Origin: the human T2T-CHM13v2.0 reference genome, Homo sapiens
Strand: one strand, 5' to 3'
DNA length: 64,000 nt
Assembly (NCBI RefSeq): GCF_009914755.1
Contig: NC_060929.1
This document shows positions 16,042 through 29,061 of this stretch, one piece after another. The translations under genes and the position numbers were made by a program. The first letter of the stretch is position 1. Every line of letters begins with the position of its first letter. Below the pieces are notes generated by a model. That model was not told the origin of the DNA, searched no databases, and worked only from the letters and a program-made list of their open reading frames with translations.

Positions 16042-18459
16042 ATGGGAGGGAGCTGCGCGCAGAGGCGCCGGGCCGGCCCGCGGCAGGTGCTATTTCCTTT
16101 GCTGCTGCCTTTGTTCTACCCGACCCTGAGTGAGCCGATCCGCTACTCGATTCCGGAGGAGCTGGCCAAGGGCTCGGTGGTGGGGAACCTCGCTAAGGAT
16201 CTAGGGCTCAGTGTCCTGGATGTGTCGGCTCGCAAGCTGCGAGTGAGCGCGGAGAAGCTGCACTTCAGCGTAGACGCGGAGAGCGGGGACTTACTTGTGA
16301 AGAACCGAATAGACCGTGAGCAAATATGCAAAGAGAGAAGAAGATGTGAGTTGCAATTGGAAGCTGTGGTGGAAAATCCTTTAAATATTTTTCATGTCAT
16401 TGTGGTGATTGAGGATGTTAATGACCACGCCCCTCAATTTGATAAAAAGGAAATACATTTAGAAATTTTCGAATCTGCATCCGCTGGTACACGACTATCG
16501 CTTGACCCTGCCACGGATCCTGATATAAACATAAACTCAATTAAAGATTATAAGATAAACTCTAATCCTTATTTTTCATTAATGGTTAGAGTTAATTCCG
16601 ATGGTGGCAAATACCCAGAGTTATCTCTGGAGAAACTCCTAGACCGGGAAGAACAGAGATCTCATAGCTTGATATTGACTGCCTTGGACGGAGGGGACCC
16701 ACCAAGAAGTGCCACCGCTCACATAGAAATTTCTGTCAAGGATACCAATGATAACCCCCCGGTTTTCAGCAGAGACGAATATAGAATTAGTCTTAGTGAA
16801 AATCTGCCCCCTGGGTCCCCTGTGTTGCAAGTGACAGCCACTGACCAGGATGAGGGGGTCAATGCTGAGATAAACTACTACTTCCGAAGCACTGCCCAGA
16901 GCACAAAACATATGTTCTCATTGGATGAGAAAACAGGTATGATTAAGAATAACCAGTCATTTGATTTTGAAGATGTAGAAAGGTACACCATGGAAGTGGA
17001 AGCGAAGGACGGAGGTGGTCTCTCTACCCAGTGTAAAGTAATCATAGAAATCCTTGATGAAAACGACAACAGCCCAGAAATAATCATCACTTCTCTCTCT
17101 GATCAGATTTTGGAGAATTCACCTCCAGGAATGGTTGTTGCCCTCTTCAAAACACGGGATCTGGATTTCGGAGGAAATGGAGAAGTCAGGTGTAATATAG
17201 AAACAGACATTCCATTCAAGATTTATTCTTCTTCCAATAACTACTACAAACTGGTGACAGATGGAGCCCTGGACCGAGAGCAGACACCAGAATACAATGT
17301 CACCATCGTAGCCACTGACAGGGGCAAGCCGCCTCTTTCTTCCAGTAGAAGCATCACCTTGTATGTCGCTGACATCAACGACAACGCCCCAGTTTTCGAC
17401 CAGACGTCCTACGTGGTCCACGTGGCCGAGAACAACCCGCCAGGAGCCTCCATTGCGCAAGTGAGCGCCTCTGACCCGGATTTGGGGCTCAATGGCCACA
17501 TCTCCTACTCTATAGTGGCGAGTGACCTAGAGCCCCTGGCGGTGTCGTCATACGTGTCAGTGAGCGCGCAGAGCGGGGTGGTGTTCGCGCAGCGCGCCTT
17601 TGATCACGAGCAGCTGCGCGCCTTCGCGCTCACGCTGCAGGCCCGCGACCACGGCTCGCCCACGCTCAGCGCCAACGTGAGCCTGCGCGTGTTGGTGGGA
17701 GACCGCAATGACAACGCACCGCGGGTGCTGTACCCAGCTCTGGGTCCTGACGGCTCCGCGTTCTTCGATATGGTACCTCGCTCTGCAGAGCCCGGCTACC
17801 TAGTGACTAAGGTGGTAGCGGTGGACGCCGACTCGGGACACAACGCCTGGCTGTCCTACCACGTGCTGCAGGCCAGTGAGCCCGGACTCTTCAGCCTGGG
17901 GCTGCGCACTGGGGAGGTGCGCACGGCTCGAGCCTTAGGCGACAGGGACGCAGCCCGCCAGCGCCTGCTGGTCGCTGTGCGTGACGGTGGACAGCCGCCA
18001 CTCTCTGCCACCGCCACGCTTCATCTGGTCTTCGCAGACAACTTGCAAGAGATACTGCCAGACCTCAGCGACCGCCCTGTACTCTCTGACCCCCAGGCTG
18101 AACTGCAGTTTTACCTGGTGGTGGCCTTGGCCTTAATCTCAGTGCTCTTCCTCCTCGCCGTGATTCTGGCCATTGCCTTGCGCCTGCGACGCTCTCTCAG
18201 CCCTACTACTTGGGACTGCTTCCATCCTGGTCTCTGTGTCAAGTCTGGACCTGTAGTTCCCCCCAACTACAGTGAGGGGACTTTGCCTTATTCTTATAAT
18301 CTGTGCATTGCACATACGGGTACAAAAGAGTTTAATTTCCTAAAATGCAGTGTGCCCCTACATTCCAATGAAGACATGGTTTGCAGTGTTTCTCCTGGAG
18401 CCTTAATTCCACCTCATGGTGGGGAGGATTTGACTTCACATCCTGAGACTCTGACTTCG
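16042..18459 (+). CDS. PCDHGB6: Protocadherin gamma B6 variable exon
   Basis: MGGSCAQRRRAGPRQVLF...PTLSEPIRY; 806 codons ending TCG|GTGAGT. Confidence 0.92.
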
Positions 18460-18651
18460 GTGAGTTTCTCTTTTTTGTGTGTGATTTATCTAATAGTCTA
18501 CTAGTTTCTCATATTTTAGGCATACTACTTTATTTTCATATCTAGAATCATATGTTTAAAATCCATAGCTTTTTACAATATTTTCTCAATGTTTTTTCAA
18601 TTATAGTTTTCACTATGTATTTGGTTCATAAGTTGCTCTATCTTTTTGTAA

Positions 18652-18980
<329 letters not shown>

Positions 18981-19134
18981 AATATTTTGTCAAGTTCTGA
19001 CTATCGAACAGAAGCAGTGGTCTTGGCATCTAAGAAAACAAACAAGTAACCTATCTATTCAAATTTGCGAAGACTTAGTGAATTTACGATATCTTATTTA
19101 TATATTTTTAAAGCCTAAAAATATTCAGAAGACA

Positions 19135-19710
<576 letters not shown>

Positions 19711-20760
19711 AGACATTTCTAAGAAATAAATGAAATACTATTGCCTTTGCACTCAGTCTCTGTCTCTGATTCTCTGATAGAAGATTTTTGAAGAAAAAAG
19801 ATAAAATCTTTGAAGAGTTCTATACTTGGAAGGCATAGTGACATAAACACTTCTGAACATCCTGTTCTCTGTGTGAAAGAAGTGAACTTCTATACCCTTT
19901 GCATTTGAGGGAACAATTGCTACTGGGTTGATGGGCACACACAGTTGAAGATATGTGAACCACTGGACTTTGGCCTCTGATACAAACTGCCTAAGAGAAG
20001 AGATTATTTATACTGGTATTAATGCTCTGATGAAAACAGGTCATTTGACATAAACACTTACTTGTTAAAAACCTATATCACTACATCTAACTTTGTTTTC
20101 TAAAACTTTTAGTACTTCAAATTCTACGTATTTCTTTTCTCATTACAATGCAAACAGTTTAATTTGCAACTGTAATATATGTTCATTTTAGTTTGTGATT
20201 ACCTGCTTAATCATTTAAATAGGTCCATTTAACTTGTATCCCTGTAAGATAAAGTATGTTTTACACAAAAAGGTTAATTAAGGCTCAGTAAAACTATTCT
20301 AGAAGAGTACTTTAAAAACCTCTTACACAATCCTAAGCTAAATAAGTTTAATGAATTAAGTAGTTACAATTATAAAGCTTCAGAGTGAATTATCTCATGA
20401 GTTTATTTAATATAATCTTTGTATGAATGTATACTAAATAAAATTGGCCTATTCAAATCACAATTTTAAATTATAAGACTTTTCTGAATTTACCTAGACA
20501 CTAATATGACCTAAAATAAGTATTATTTACCTTTTATTAAAGTGTGTACATTTCTGTTGGGAAAACGTGTTGCAAATATATATTTAACCAAACATTATCT
20601 TGAAATATTTACAATATTTTCACTCCACTTTATCACACCTCCCCTAAGAAACCTACATATAGTAAATTATTTAAAGATAGGAGTGGAGAAACCAAAGAAT
20701 CTATGTAAAATATAATAATCCAACAGAATAGTTTACTTTCCATTGCATGTATCACTTGGG

Positions 20761-20800
20761 TGCAGTAACTTCTTAGGACTCTGAGCGCCGCTGTTCACCT
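20761..20800 (+). promoter_or_regulatory. PCDHGA10 promoter CSE (CTCF site)
   Basis: TGCAGTAACTTCTTAGGACTCTGAGCGCCGCTGTTCACCT; CGCT 20789-20792. Confidence 0.9.
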
Positions 20801-21017
20801 ACTAGGAGAGAAAACGCAGCCAGAGCTCAATCCGGATTCTCAGGGCTTCAACTACACAAGCCCCACAAACCGGCTGCTGGGCTGCAGGGAAGCTCACTCC
20901 AGAATTTAAAGTGCCCAGGCTACAGAGACACCCTGAAGCCACAGAAAGACAAAGGAACCGGTTGAAACACACAACGTGTCCAGTGAGGACTTTGCAGAAT
21001 TCTGTAACCAGACTACA

Positions 21018-23453
21018 ATGGCCGCTCAAAGGAATCGCTCAAAGGAATCAAAGGATTGCAGCGGGCTGGTCCTGCTCTGCCTTTTCTTCGGGATTCCATG
21101 GGAGGCTGGAGCCCGGCAGATCTCCTACTCAATTCCTGAGGAATTAGAGAAAGGCTCTTTCGTGGGCAACATCTCCAAGGACTTGGGTCTGGCGCCCCGG
21201 GAGCTGGCGGAGCGCGGAGTCCGCATAGTCTCCAGAGGTAGGACGCAGCTTTTCTCTCTGAACCCGCGCAGCGGCAGCTTGGTCACCGCGGGCAGGATAG
21301 ACCGGGAGGAGCTCTGCGCTCAGAGCGCGCGGTGCGTGGTGAGTTTTAATATCCTTGTGGAAGACAGGGTGAAACTTTTTGGGATAGAAATAGAAGTAAC
21401 TGATATCAATGACAATGCTCCAAAATTCCAAGCAGAAAATCTAGACGTAAAAATTAATGAAAATGTCGCTGCGGGAATGCGTTTTCCTCTCCCGGAAGCT
21501 ATTGATCCGGATGTGGGCGTGAACTCCCTGCAGAGCTATCAGCTCAGCCCCAATAAGCACTTCTCCCTAAGAGTTCAGAGCCGTGCCAATGGCGTCAAGT
21601 ACCCGGAGCTGGTACTGGAGCACTCCCTAGATCGCGAGGAAGAGGCCATTCACCACCTGGTCCTCACCGCCTCCGACGGGGGTGACCCTCTCCGATCTGG
21701 CACTGTCCTTGTCAGTGTGACTGTCTTCGATGCAAATGACAACGCGCCGGTCTTCACCTTGCCAGAATACCGAGTGAGTGTTCCTGAGAATTTGCCTGTG
21801 GGCACTCAGCTGCTGACAGTCACAGCCACCGACAGGGACGAAGGTGCCAATGGAGAAGTGACATATTCATTCCGAAAATTACCTGACACGCAATTGTTGA
21901 AGTTCCAACTAAACAAATATACTGGAGAAATAAAAATATCAGAAAATCTAGATTATGAAGAAACCGGTTTCTATGAAATAGAAATACAAGCAGAAGATGG
22001 AGGAGCATATCTTGCAACTGCAAAAGTGTTGATTACAGTAGAAGATGTAAATGACAACAGTCCAGAGCTGACCATCACGTCTCTATTTAGTCCAGTGACT
22101 GAAGATTCACCTCTGGGAACAGTCGTAGCCCTTTTAAATGTGCATGATTTAGACTCTGAGCAGAATGGACAGGTAACCTGTTCCATTTTGGCGTATCTAC
22201 CATTTAAATTAGAAAAGTCCATTGACAGTTATTACAGATTGGTGATACACAGAGCCCTTGACAGGGAACAGGTATCCTCTTACAATATCACAGTGACAGC
22301 CACAGATGGGGGAAGTCCTCCTCTATCAACGGAAGCTCACTTTATGCTACAAGTGGCAGATATCAATGACAACCCACCTACCTTCTCTCAAGTCTCCTAC
22401 TTTACCTATATCCCAGAGAACAACGCCAGGGGTGCCTCCATCTTCTCAGTGACAGCGCTGGACCCGGACAGCAAAGAGAATGCCCAGATTATTTACTCCC
22501 TGGCTGAAGACACCATCCAGGGGGTACCTCTGTCCTCATACATATCCATCAACTCAGACACTGGCGTCCTGTATGCACTCAGATCCTTCGACTATGAGCA
22601 GTTTCATGAGCTACAGATGCAGGTGACAGCCAGCGACAGCGGGGATCCTCCACTCAGCAGCAACGTGTCGTTGAGCCTGTTTGTGCTGGACCAGAACGAC
22701 AATGCGCCCGAGATCCTGTACCCCGCCCTCCCCACAGACGGTTCCACAGGCGTGGAGCTGGCGCCCCGCTCCGCAGAGCCCGGCTACCTGGTGACCAAGG
22801 TGGTGGCGGTGGACAGAGACTCCGGCCAGAACGCCTGGCTGTCCTACCGTCTGCTCAAGGCCAGCGAGCCGGGACTCTTCGCGGTGGGGGAGCACACGGG
22901 CGAGGTGCGCACGGCGCGAGCCCTGCTGGACAGAGACGCGCTCAAGCAAAGCCTCGTAGTGGCCGTCCAGGACCACGGCCAGCCCCCTCTCTCCGCCACT
23001 GTCACGCTCACCGTGGCCGTGGCCGACAGCATCCCCCAAGTCCTGGCGGACCTCGGCAGCTTCGAGTCTCCAGCTAACTCTGAAACCTCAGACCTCACTC
23101 TGTACCTGGTGGTAGCGGTGGCCGCGGTCTCCTGCGTCTTCCTGGCCTTCGTCATCGTGCTGCTGGCGCACAGGCTGCGGCGCTGGCACAAGTCACGCCT
23201 GCTGTAGGCTTCAGGAGGCGGCTTGACAGGTGTGTCCGGCTCGCACTTTGTGGGCGTGGACGGGGTTCGGGCTTTCCTGCAGACCTATTCCCACGAGGTC
23301 TCTCTCACCGCGGACTCGCGAAAGAGTCACCTGATCTTCCCCCAGCCCAATTATGCGGACACGCTCATCAGCCAGGAGAGCTGTGAGAAAAACGATCCTT
23401 TGTCTTTGTTAGATGATTCGAAGTTTCCTATAGAGGATACCCCATTGGTTCCA
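21018..23453 (+). CDS. PCDHGA10: Protocadherin gamma A10 variable exon, carrying a premature TAG at 23205-23207 (codon 730)
   Basis: [20 protein letters not shown] start; ORF stops at ...HKSRLL-TAG but the same frame continues (ASGGGLTG...DTPLVP) to CCA|GTGAGT donor; 812 codons in total. Confidence 0.92.
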
Positions 23454-25404
23454 GTGAGTTTTATTTTCATTTTTACTTTTGTTAAAAAAAAAAAGATTGG
23501 TTTTTACTTTGAAGTTTGCGGCATGATGGTGGAAAGTGTAAATGCTAAAACACTGATGAGTAGAATTTGATGTTTATTAAGGTTTTTTTTTTTTTTTTTT
23601 TTTTTTTACTTTCTGGTAAAATTCACCTAGTCTCAATCAAGGCCTATATATCATAAGGCTTTGTTATGATTAGCTTTGCAGAACCTTGTAGTTTATAGTG
23701 TTGTTGAGTACAATATTGACAATTCCTAAGACAGACTTCCATACAGAAGTGCCTGTCAATTTATATTTCCTCCTGGGTGGTCACATATTGAAACTCCAGC
23801 CCCTTAAGCAACCCTCTTGTTCTGAAGGCAGGTCTGGTAAGAATAGGTAAGTATCAGAAAGAAATCACCTCTGGAAACACAACCCAAATCCAAGAATACT
23901 CAATGCAGTTCTTCCCAAGGAGAAGGGCAATAGGCCTTTTTCAAACTACATTTTATATATTTTTCAATCTATACTTTGTGGTGATAGTTGCAGTTGAATA
24001 TACTAAGTTTTTCATTAATATTGAATTAACAATTTATTTATAACAATGTATGCTTAGATTTTTCCAGCCCTATTTATAACTGATAACACTGCAGTATCCT
24101 TTTTGCATACAATTCTCTAATTTCACACTGCTATGTGGAAGATATAGCATTTTAATTTAACTTTCATTGCTCAATAGGGATCCTGAGGAGGCTATAGAGG
24201 GTGAAATTAAGAATATTTGGGATTCTGCTTTTGTCTTTTTTGTTAAATTTTCTAGTGACTAAGGCTGAAAGTAAATATGGGTTGGGAAGACAGATAAATT
24301 TGTACATGTTCCCGAGAACAGGAGCAAGAGATATATGACAAAGCTATTTCAGTGGCTCTTTAATGTATAAGGAGGCAAACACCTGAAACTCTGAAAACTC
24401 TGAAATTGAGAGGCAAAATAAACTTAGAGTCAAGAAAGAAATGCCATTTCTGCAGATCAGAATATAAACACCAACCACAGCTGTAAAAAAGAAAAGAATA
24501 TATGCAACGAAGGGAAATTATATAAACAAAGGATCATTGGAGGTACTGATGAGTTCATTTAGTTCAATGAAAATAGTGACGTATTAGGTAGATCTCTTAA
24601 TTTTATTACTAGTATTCTACTAAATGTGGTAGTATAAAGTCAAAAAGCATTCCGAAGTTTCTCAAGACCCTTATAATTCCATGATTTTTTTCAGGTCAGT
24701 CAACATTTGTTGAATGATAGGTCTGTGGAAGGAAAGCACACTCTTTAGGGTCATAGTTATTAACTATTAAACCATTGAAACTATTATTTTATATTTGTGT
24801 TAATGAGAGTCAAAATTATTGTGCATTCATCTCAAATAATTCTATTATTTTGAAAAATACAGGTTTTTTTTTTAAAAAAACTGCTCTTGACATTGTAGCT
24901 ATTGTGAGAAAATATTTTGATTATAATTATTTAAAAGCAATACAGGACACCCTGGATGATGGTAATGACTAGGGCAATGGTTGCATTCCAGTACTTAAGT
25001 ATGAAATAAGGAATTATTACTTTCTGGGTGAATATAGGCTAGAATTGAAGACAAAAAAATTTGTTGCTTATCTTCAGTACTTCCAGCTTCATAGATAATT
25101 ACTCTTAAAAGGAACAAGAATGACTGCCTCTGGATGGAGGAATTGGATAGCAATGGGCCGTGGGATAGGAGACCTATAAACCTTCATGCTATATTATTTT
25201 GTGCCTTTTTAAATTTTGAAGAAAAAATATTCATTTATTCAAGATATATGTAAATTCAGTAAATAAAAAGATATGATAGTTATGACCAAGTGGAAATATA
25301 TTTCCTGATGTAAAAGGAATCACTGAGGAAAAAGATTAAAATATTTTGGCTGTCAACTCGTAGTTTAAAAAAAATTCCTTGAAAGAGGTAGAGAAAAGTC
25401 AAGT

Positions 25405-25445
25405 TGCAGTCCCACACAGAGCCTCTGGGCGCCGCCGTCGGCCAG
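25405..25445 (+). promoter_or_regulatory. PCDHGB7 promoter CSE (variant CGCC box)
   Basis: TGCAGTCCC...GCCTCTGGGCGCCGCCGTCGGCCA; near-copy of B6 element with T>C in the box. Confidence 0.85.
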
Positions 25446-25693
25446 TGCAGAGCAAGCGCTGACGCCGGGGATCCCTCAGCCTCTAGCCTGGGATTCCCTG
25501 CGCAGCCAACAACAGAAAAGAAAACCAGCTCCCACACAGAGGCTCCCGGCTGCGCAGACCTTGCCCAGCACACCAGATTGCCAGCTCCGAGACCCGGGAC
25601 TCCTCATGTCCTGGGCCGAATGCTCTTTTAGCGCGGTAGAGTGCACTTTCTCCAACTGGAAAAGCGGGGACCCAGCGAGAACCCGAGCGAACG

Positions 25694-28108
25694 ATGGGAG
25701 GGAGCTGCGCGCAGAGGCGCCGGGCCGGCCCGCGGCAGGTACTATTTCCTTTGCTGCTGCCTTTGTTCTACCCCACGCTGTGTGAGCCGATCCGCTACTC
25801 GATTCCGGAGGAGCTGGCCAAGGGCTCGGTGGTGGGGAACCTCGCTAAGGATCTAGGGCTTAGTGTCCTGGATGTGTCGGCTCGCGAGCTGCGAGTTAGC
25901 GCGGAGAAGCTGCACTTCAGCGTAGACGCGCAGAGCGGGGACTTACTTGTGAAGGACCGAATAGACCGTGAGCAAATATGCAAAGAGAGAAGAAGATGTG
26001 AGTTGCAATTGGAAGCTGTGGTGGAAAATCCTTTAAATATTTTTCATGTCATTGTGGTGATTGAGGATGTTAATGACCACGCCCCTCAATTCCGGAAAGA
26101 TGAAATAAACTTAGAAATCAGTGAATCCGTCAGCCTGGGGATGGGAACAATTCTTGAGTCTGCAGAAGATCCTGATATTAGTATGAATTCGCTGAGCAAA
26201 TACCAACTAAGTCCTAACGAGTATTTCTCATTGGTGGAGAAAGACAATCCTGATGGTGGCAAATATCCAGAATTAGTATTGCAGAAGACTCTGGACCGAG
26301 AAACGCAGAGCGCTCACCACTTGGTACTGACCGCCTTAGATGGTGGGGACCCTCCCCGAAGCGGTACTGCTCAGATAAGAATCCTGGTAATAGATGCCAA
26401 TGACAACCCCCCAGTGTTCAGCCAGGACGTGTACAGGGTTAGCCTTCGGGAAGACGTGCCTCCAGGCACCTCCATCCTGAGAGTGAAGGCCACTGACCAG
26501 GACGAGGGCATCAACTCAGAGATCACTTATTCCTTCTTTGGTGTGGCTGACAAAGCTCAGCACGTGTTCTCTCTGGATTACACTACAGGAAACATTCTAA
26601 CTCAGCAGCCTTTGGATTTTGAAGAAGTAGAAAGATATACGATAAACATAGAAGCAAAAGACCGAGGATCTCTCTCAACACGGTGTAAAGTAATTGTAGA
26701 AGTTGTAGACGAAAACGACAACAGCCCAGAAATAATCATCACGTCACTCTCTGATCAGATTATGGAGGATTCCCCTCCAGGAGTGGTTGTTGCCCTCTTC
26801 AAAACACGGGACCAAGACTCAGGGGAAAATGGGGAAGTCAGGTGTAGCTTAAGTAGAGGTGTTCCATTTAAGATTCATTCTTCTTCTAATAATTACTACA
26901 AGCTAGTAACAGATGAGGCCCTGGATCGGGAGCAGACCCCAGAGTACAACGTCACCATCGCAGCCACAGACAGGGGCAAGCCTCCGTTATCCTCCAGCAA
27001 AACCATAACCCTGCACATTACTGACGTCAATGACAACGCGCCGGTTTTCGGACAGTCAGCCTACCTGGTCCACGTGCCAGAAAACAACCAGCCGGGTGCC
27101 TCCATAGCGCAAGTCAGTGCCTCTGACCCAGACTTCGGGCTCAACGGCCGTGTCTCCTACTCTCTCATTGCCAGCGACCTGGAGTCACGAACGCTGTCGT
27201 CCTACGTGTCCGTGAGCGCGCAGAGCGGGGTGGTGTTCGCGCAGCGCGCCTTCGACCACGAGCAGCTGCGCACCTTCGAGCTCACGCTGCAGGCCCGCGA
27301 CCAGGGCTCGCCCGCGCTCAGCGCCAATGTGAGCCTGCGCGTGTTGGTGGGCGACCGTAACGACAACGCACCGCGGGTGCTGTACCCTGCGCTGGGTCCC
27401 GACGGCTCCGCGCTCTTCGACACAGTGCCGCGGGCCGCGCAGCCAGGCTACCTGGTGACCAAGGTGGTGGCCGTGGACGCGGACTCGGGGCACAATGCCT
27501 GGCTGTCCTACCACGTGGTGCAGGCCAGTGAGCCCGGGCTCTTCAGCCTGGGGCTGCGAACAGGCGAGGTGCGCATGGTGCGTGCTTTGGGTGACAAGGA
27601 CTCGGTCCGCCAGCGCCTGCTAGTCGCTGTAAGAGATGGAGGACAGCCACCCCTTTCAGCCACTGCCACGCTGCACCTGGTGTTCGCAGATAGCTTGCAA
27701 GAGGTACTGCCGGATTTCAGCGACCATCCCACACCCTCTGACTCCCAGGCTGAGATGCAGTTTTACCTGGTGGTGGCCTTGGCCTTGATTTCTGTGCTCT
27801 TTCTCCTCGCGGTGATTCTAGCTATTGCTCTACGCCTGCGACAGTCTTTCAGCCCTACTGCAGGAGACTGCTTTGAGTCAGTTCTCTGCTCCAAGTCCGG
27901 ACCTGTGGGTCCCCCCAACTACAGTGAGGGAACGTTGCCCTATGCCTATAATTTTTGTGTGCCTGGGGATCAAATGAATCCAGAATTTAATTTTTTCACA
28001 TCTGTTGATCATTGTCCAGCCACACAAGATAACCTCAACAAAGATAGCATGCTACTGGCTAGCATTTTAACTCCCAGCGTTGAAGCAGATAAGAAGATTC
28101 TTAAACAG
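25694..28108 (+). CDS. PCDHGB7: Protocadherin gamma B7 variable exon
   Basis: MGGSCAQRRRAGPRQVLF...PTLCEPIRY; 805 codons ending CAG|GTAAGT. Confidence 0.92.
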
Positions 28109-28793
28109 GTAAGTATTTAAAAATGTATTTAATCCTTTTTATATTACAATATGCCAATATATTCCAATATAGTGGTATTATTTTAAGATTCTAGATAACT
28201 TCTTCATAGAGTTCGCAAAATATAGGTCAAATTTATGGTTATCATTATTAAAACAAAAGTTTAAATTAAATGCCTCAGTCTTCCTACTATTCAAAGACAT
28301 TTTAAAGCAAACTACATGGGTAATCTCCGGTGACATTTTTATGAAGTAAAATACCTTTCGGTTAAAAATATAAAATACAGGTATATTTTTACGGCATGGT
28401 ATTTTAATTGAAACCCTGATGCTACTCAATTTTTCTCAAGTATTTCATCTTCATTTACTCAATAAAGGAACCTTGTAAGAATTATAGTTAGGCATCCTAC
28501 CTGATGATTTTATCGGGACCGTATTATTTCCACTTCCAGAAATGTCGTTCCTTTCAGTCGGTTAAAATCAATTGGAACCAACTACAACCTACAAGTTTTC
28601 AGCTCCAGTAATATTTTGAAAACTTTTTAAAAATTAAGCAAGCCCTTTTAATAATTACTCCTTTCGCAGGTGTTCTTGGTAAAGTTTTAACGTCACATAA
28701 TGTAAGTATTGTGTATCATCGTTTTTAAGCTCTACAAATACGTGTGATTCACAAAGGTGAGCGTAATCATTTCTTCTGGAATTTCTTAGTCGT

Positions 28794-28835
28794 TGCAATA
28801 ATAAGAATGGGCTCTAGGCGCCGCTGCTCACCAAT
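28794..28835 (+). promoter_or_regulatory. PCDHGA11 promoter CSE (CTCF site)
   Basis: TGCAATAAT...GGCTCTAGGCGCCGCTGCTCACCAAT; CGCT 28822-28825. Confidence 0.88.
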
Positions 28836-29061
28836 CAGGGAATGGGAAGCTGCGCGCCATTGAGTCCCTCCCTCCCCCGCCTCTACCACACAAAGCGGAA
28901 TGAGATGGATATTCACAGATCCTGACACTGGAGACTTAGAAGTATTTTCCTTCGCTTTCTGATATATTTTGGATGTAGTCGGCCTAGGACTTCATAGATA
29001 CATAAGCCGATTCACAACCAACCAGCTCGAGAAACCGCGGAATATCGGCTTAGAGCCTGCC

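Noticed and set aside
23223-23570. Separate 115-aa ORF after A10
   Set aside because: It is the in-frame remainder of the A10 exon after the premature stop (TTG start) plus intron read-through
23582-23608. Isolated poly-T tract downstream of A10
   Set aside because: No attached retroelement body or clear TSD; treated as a simple repeat
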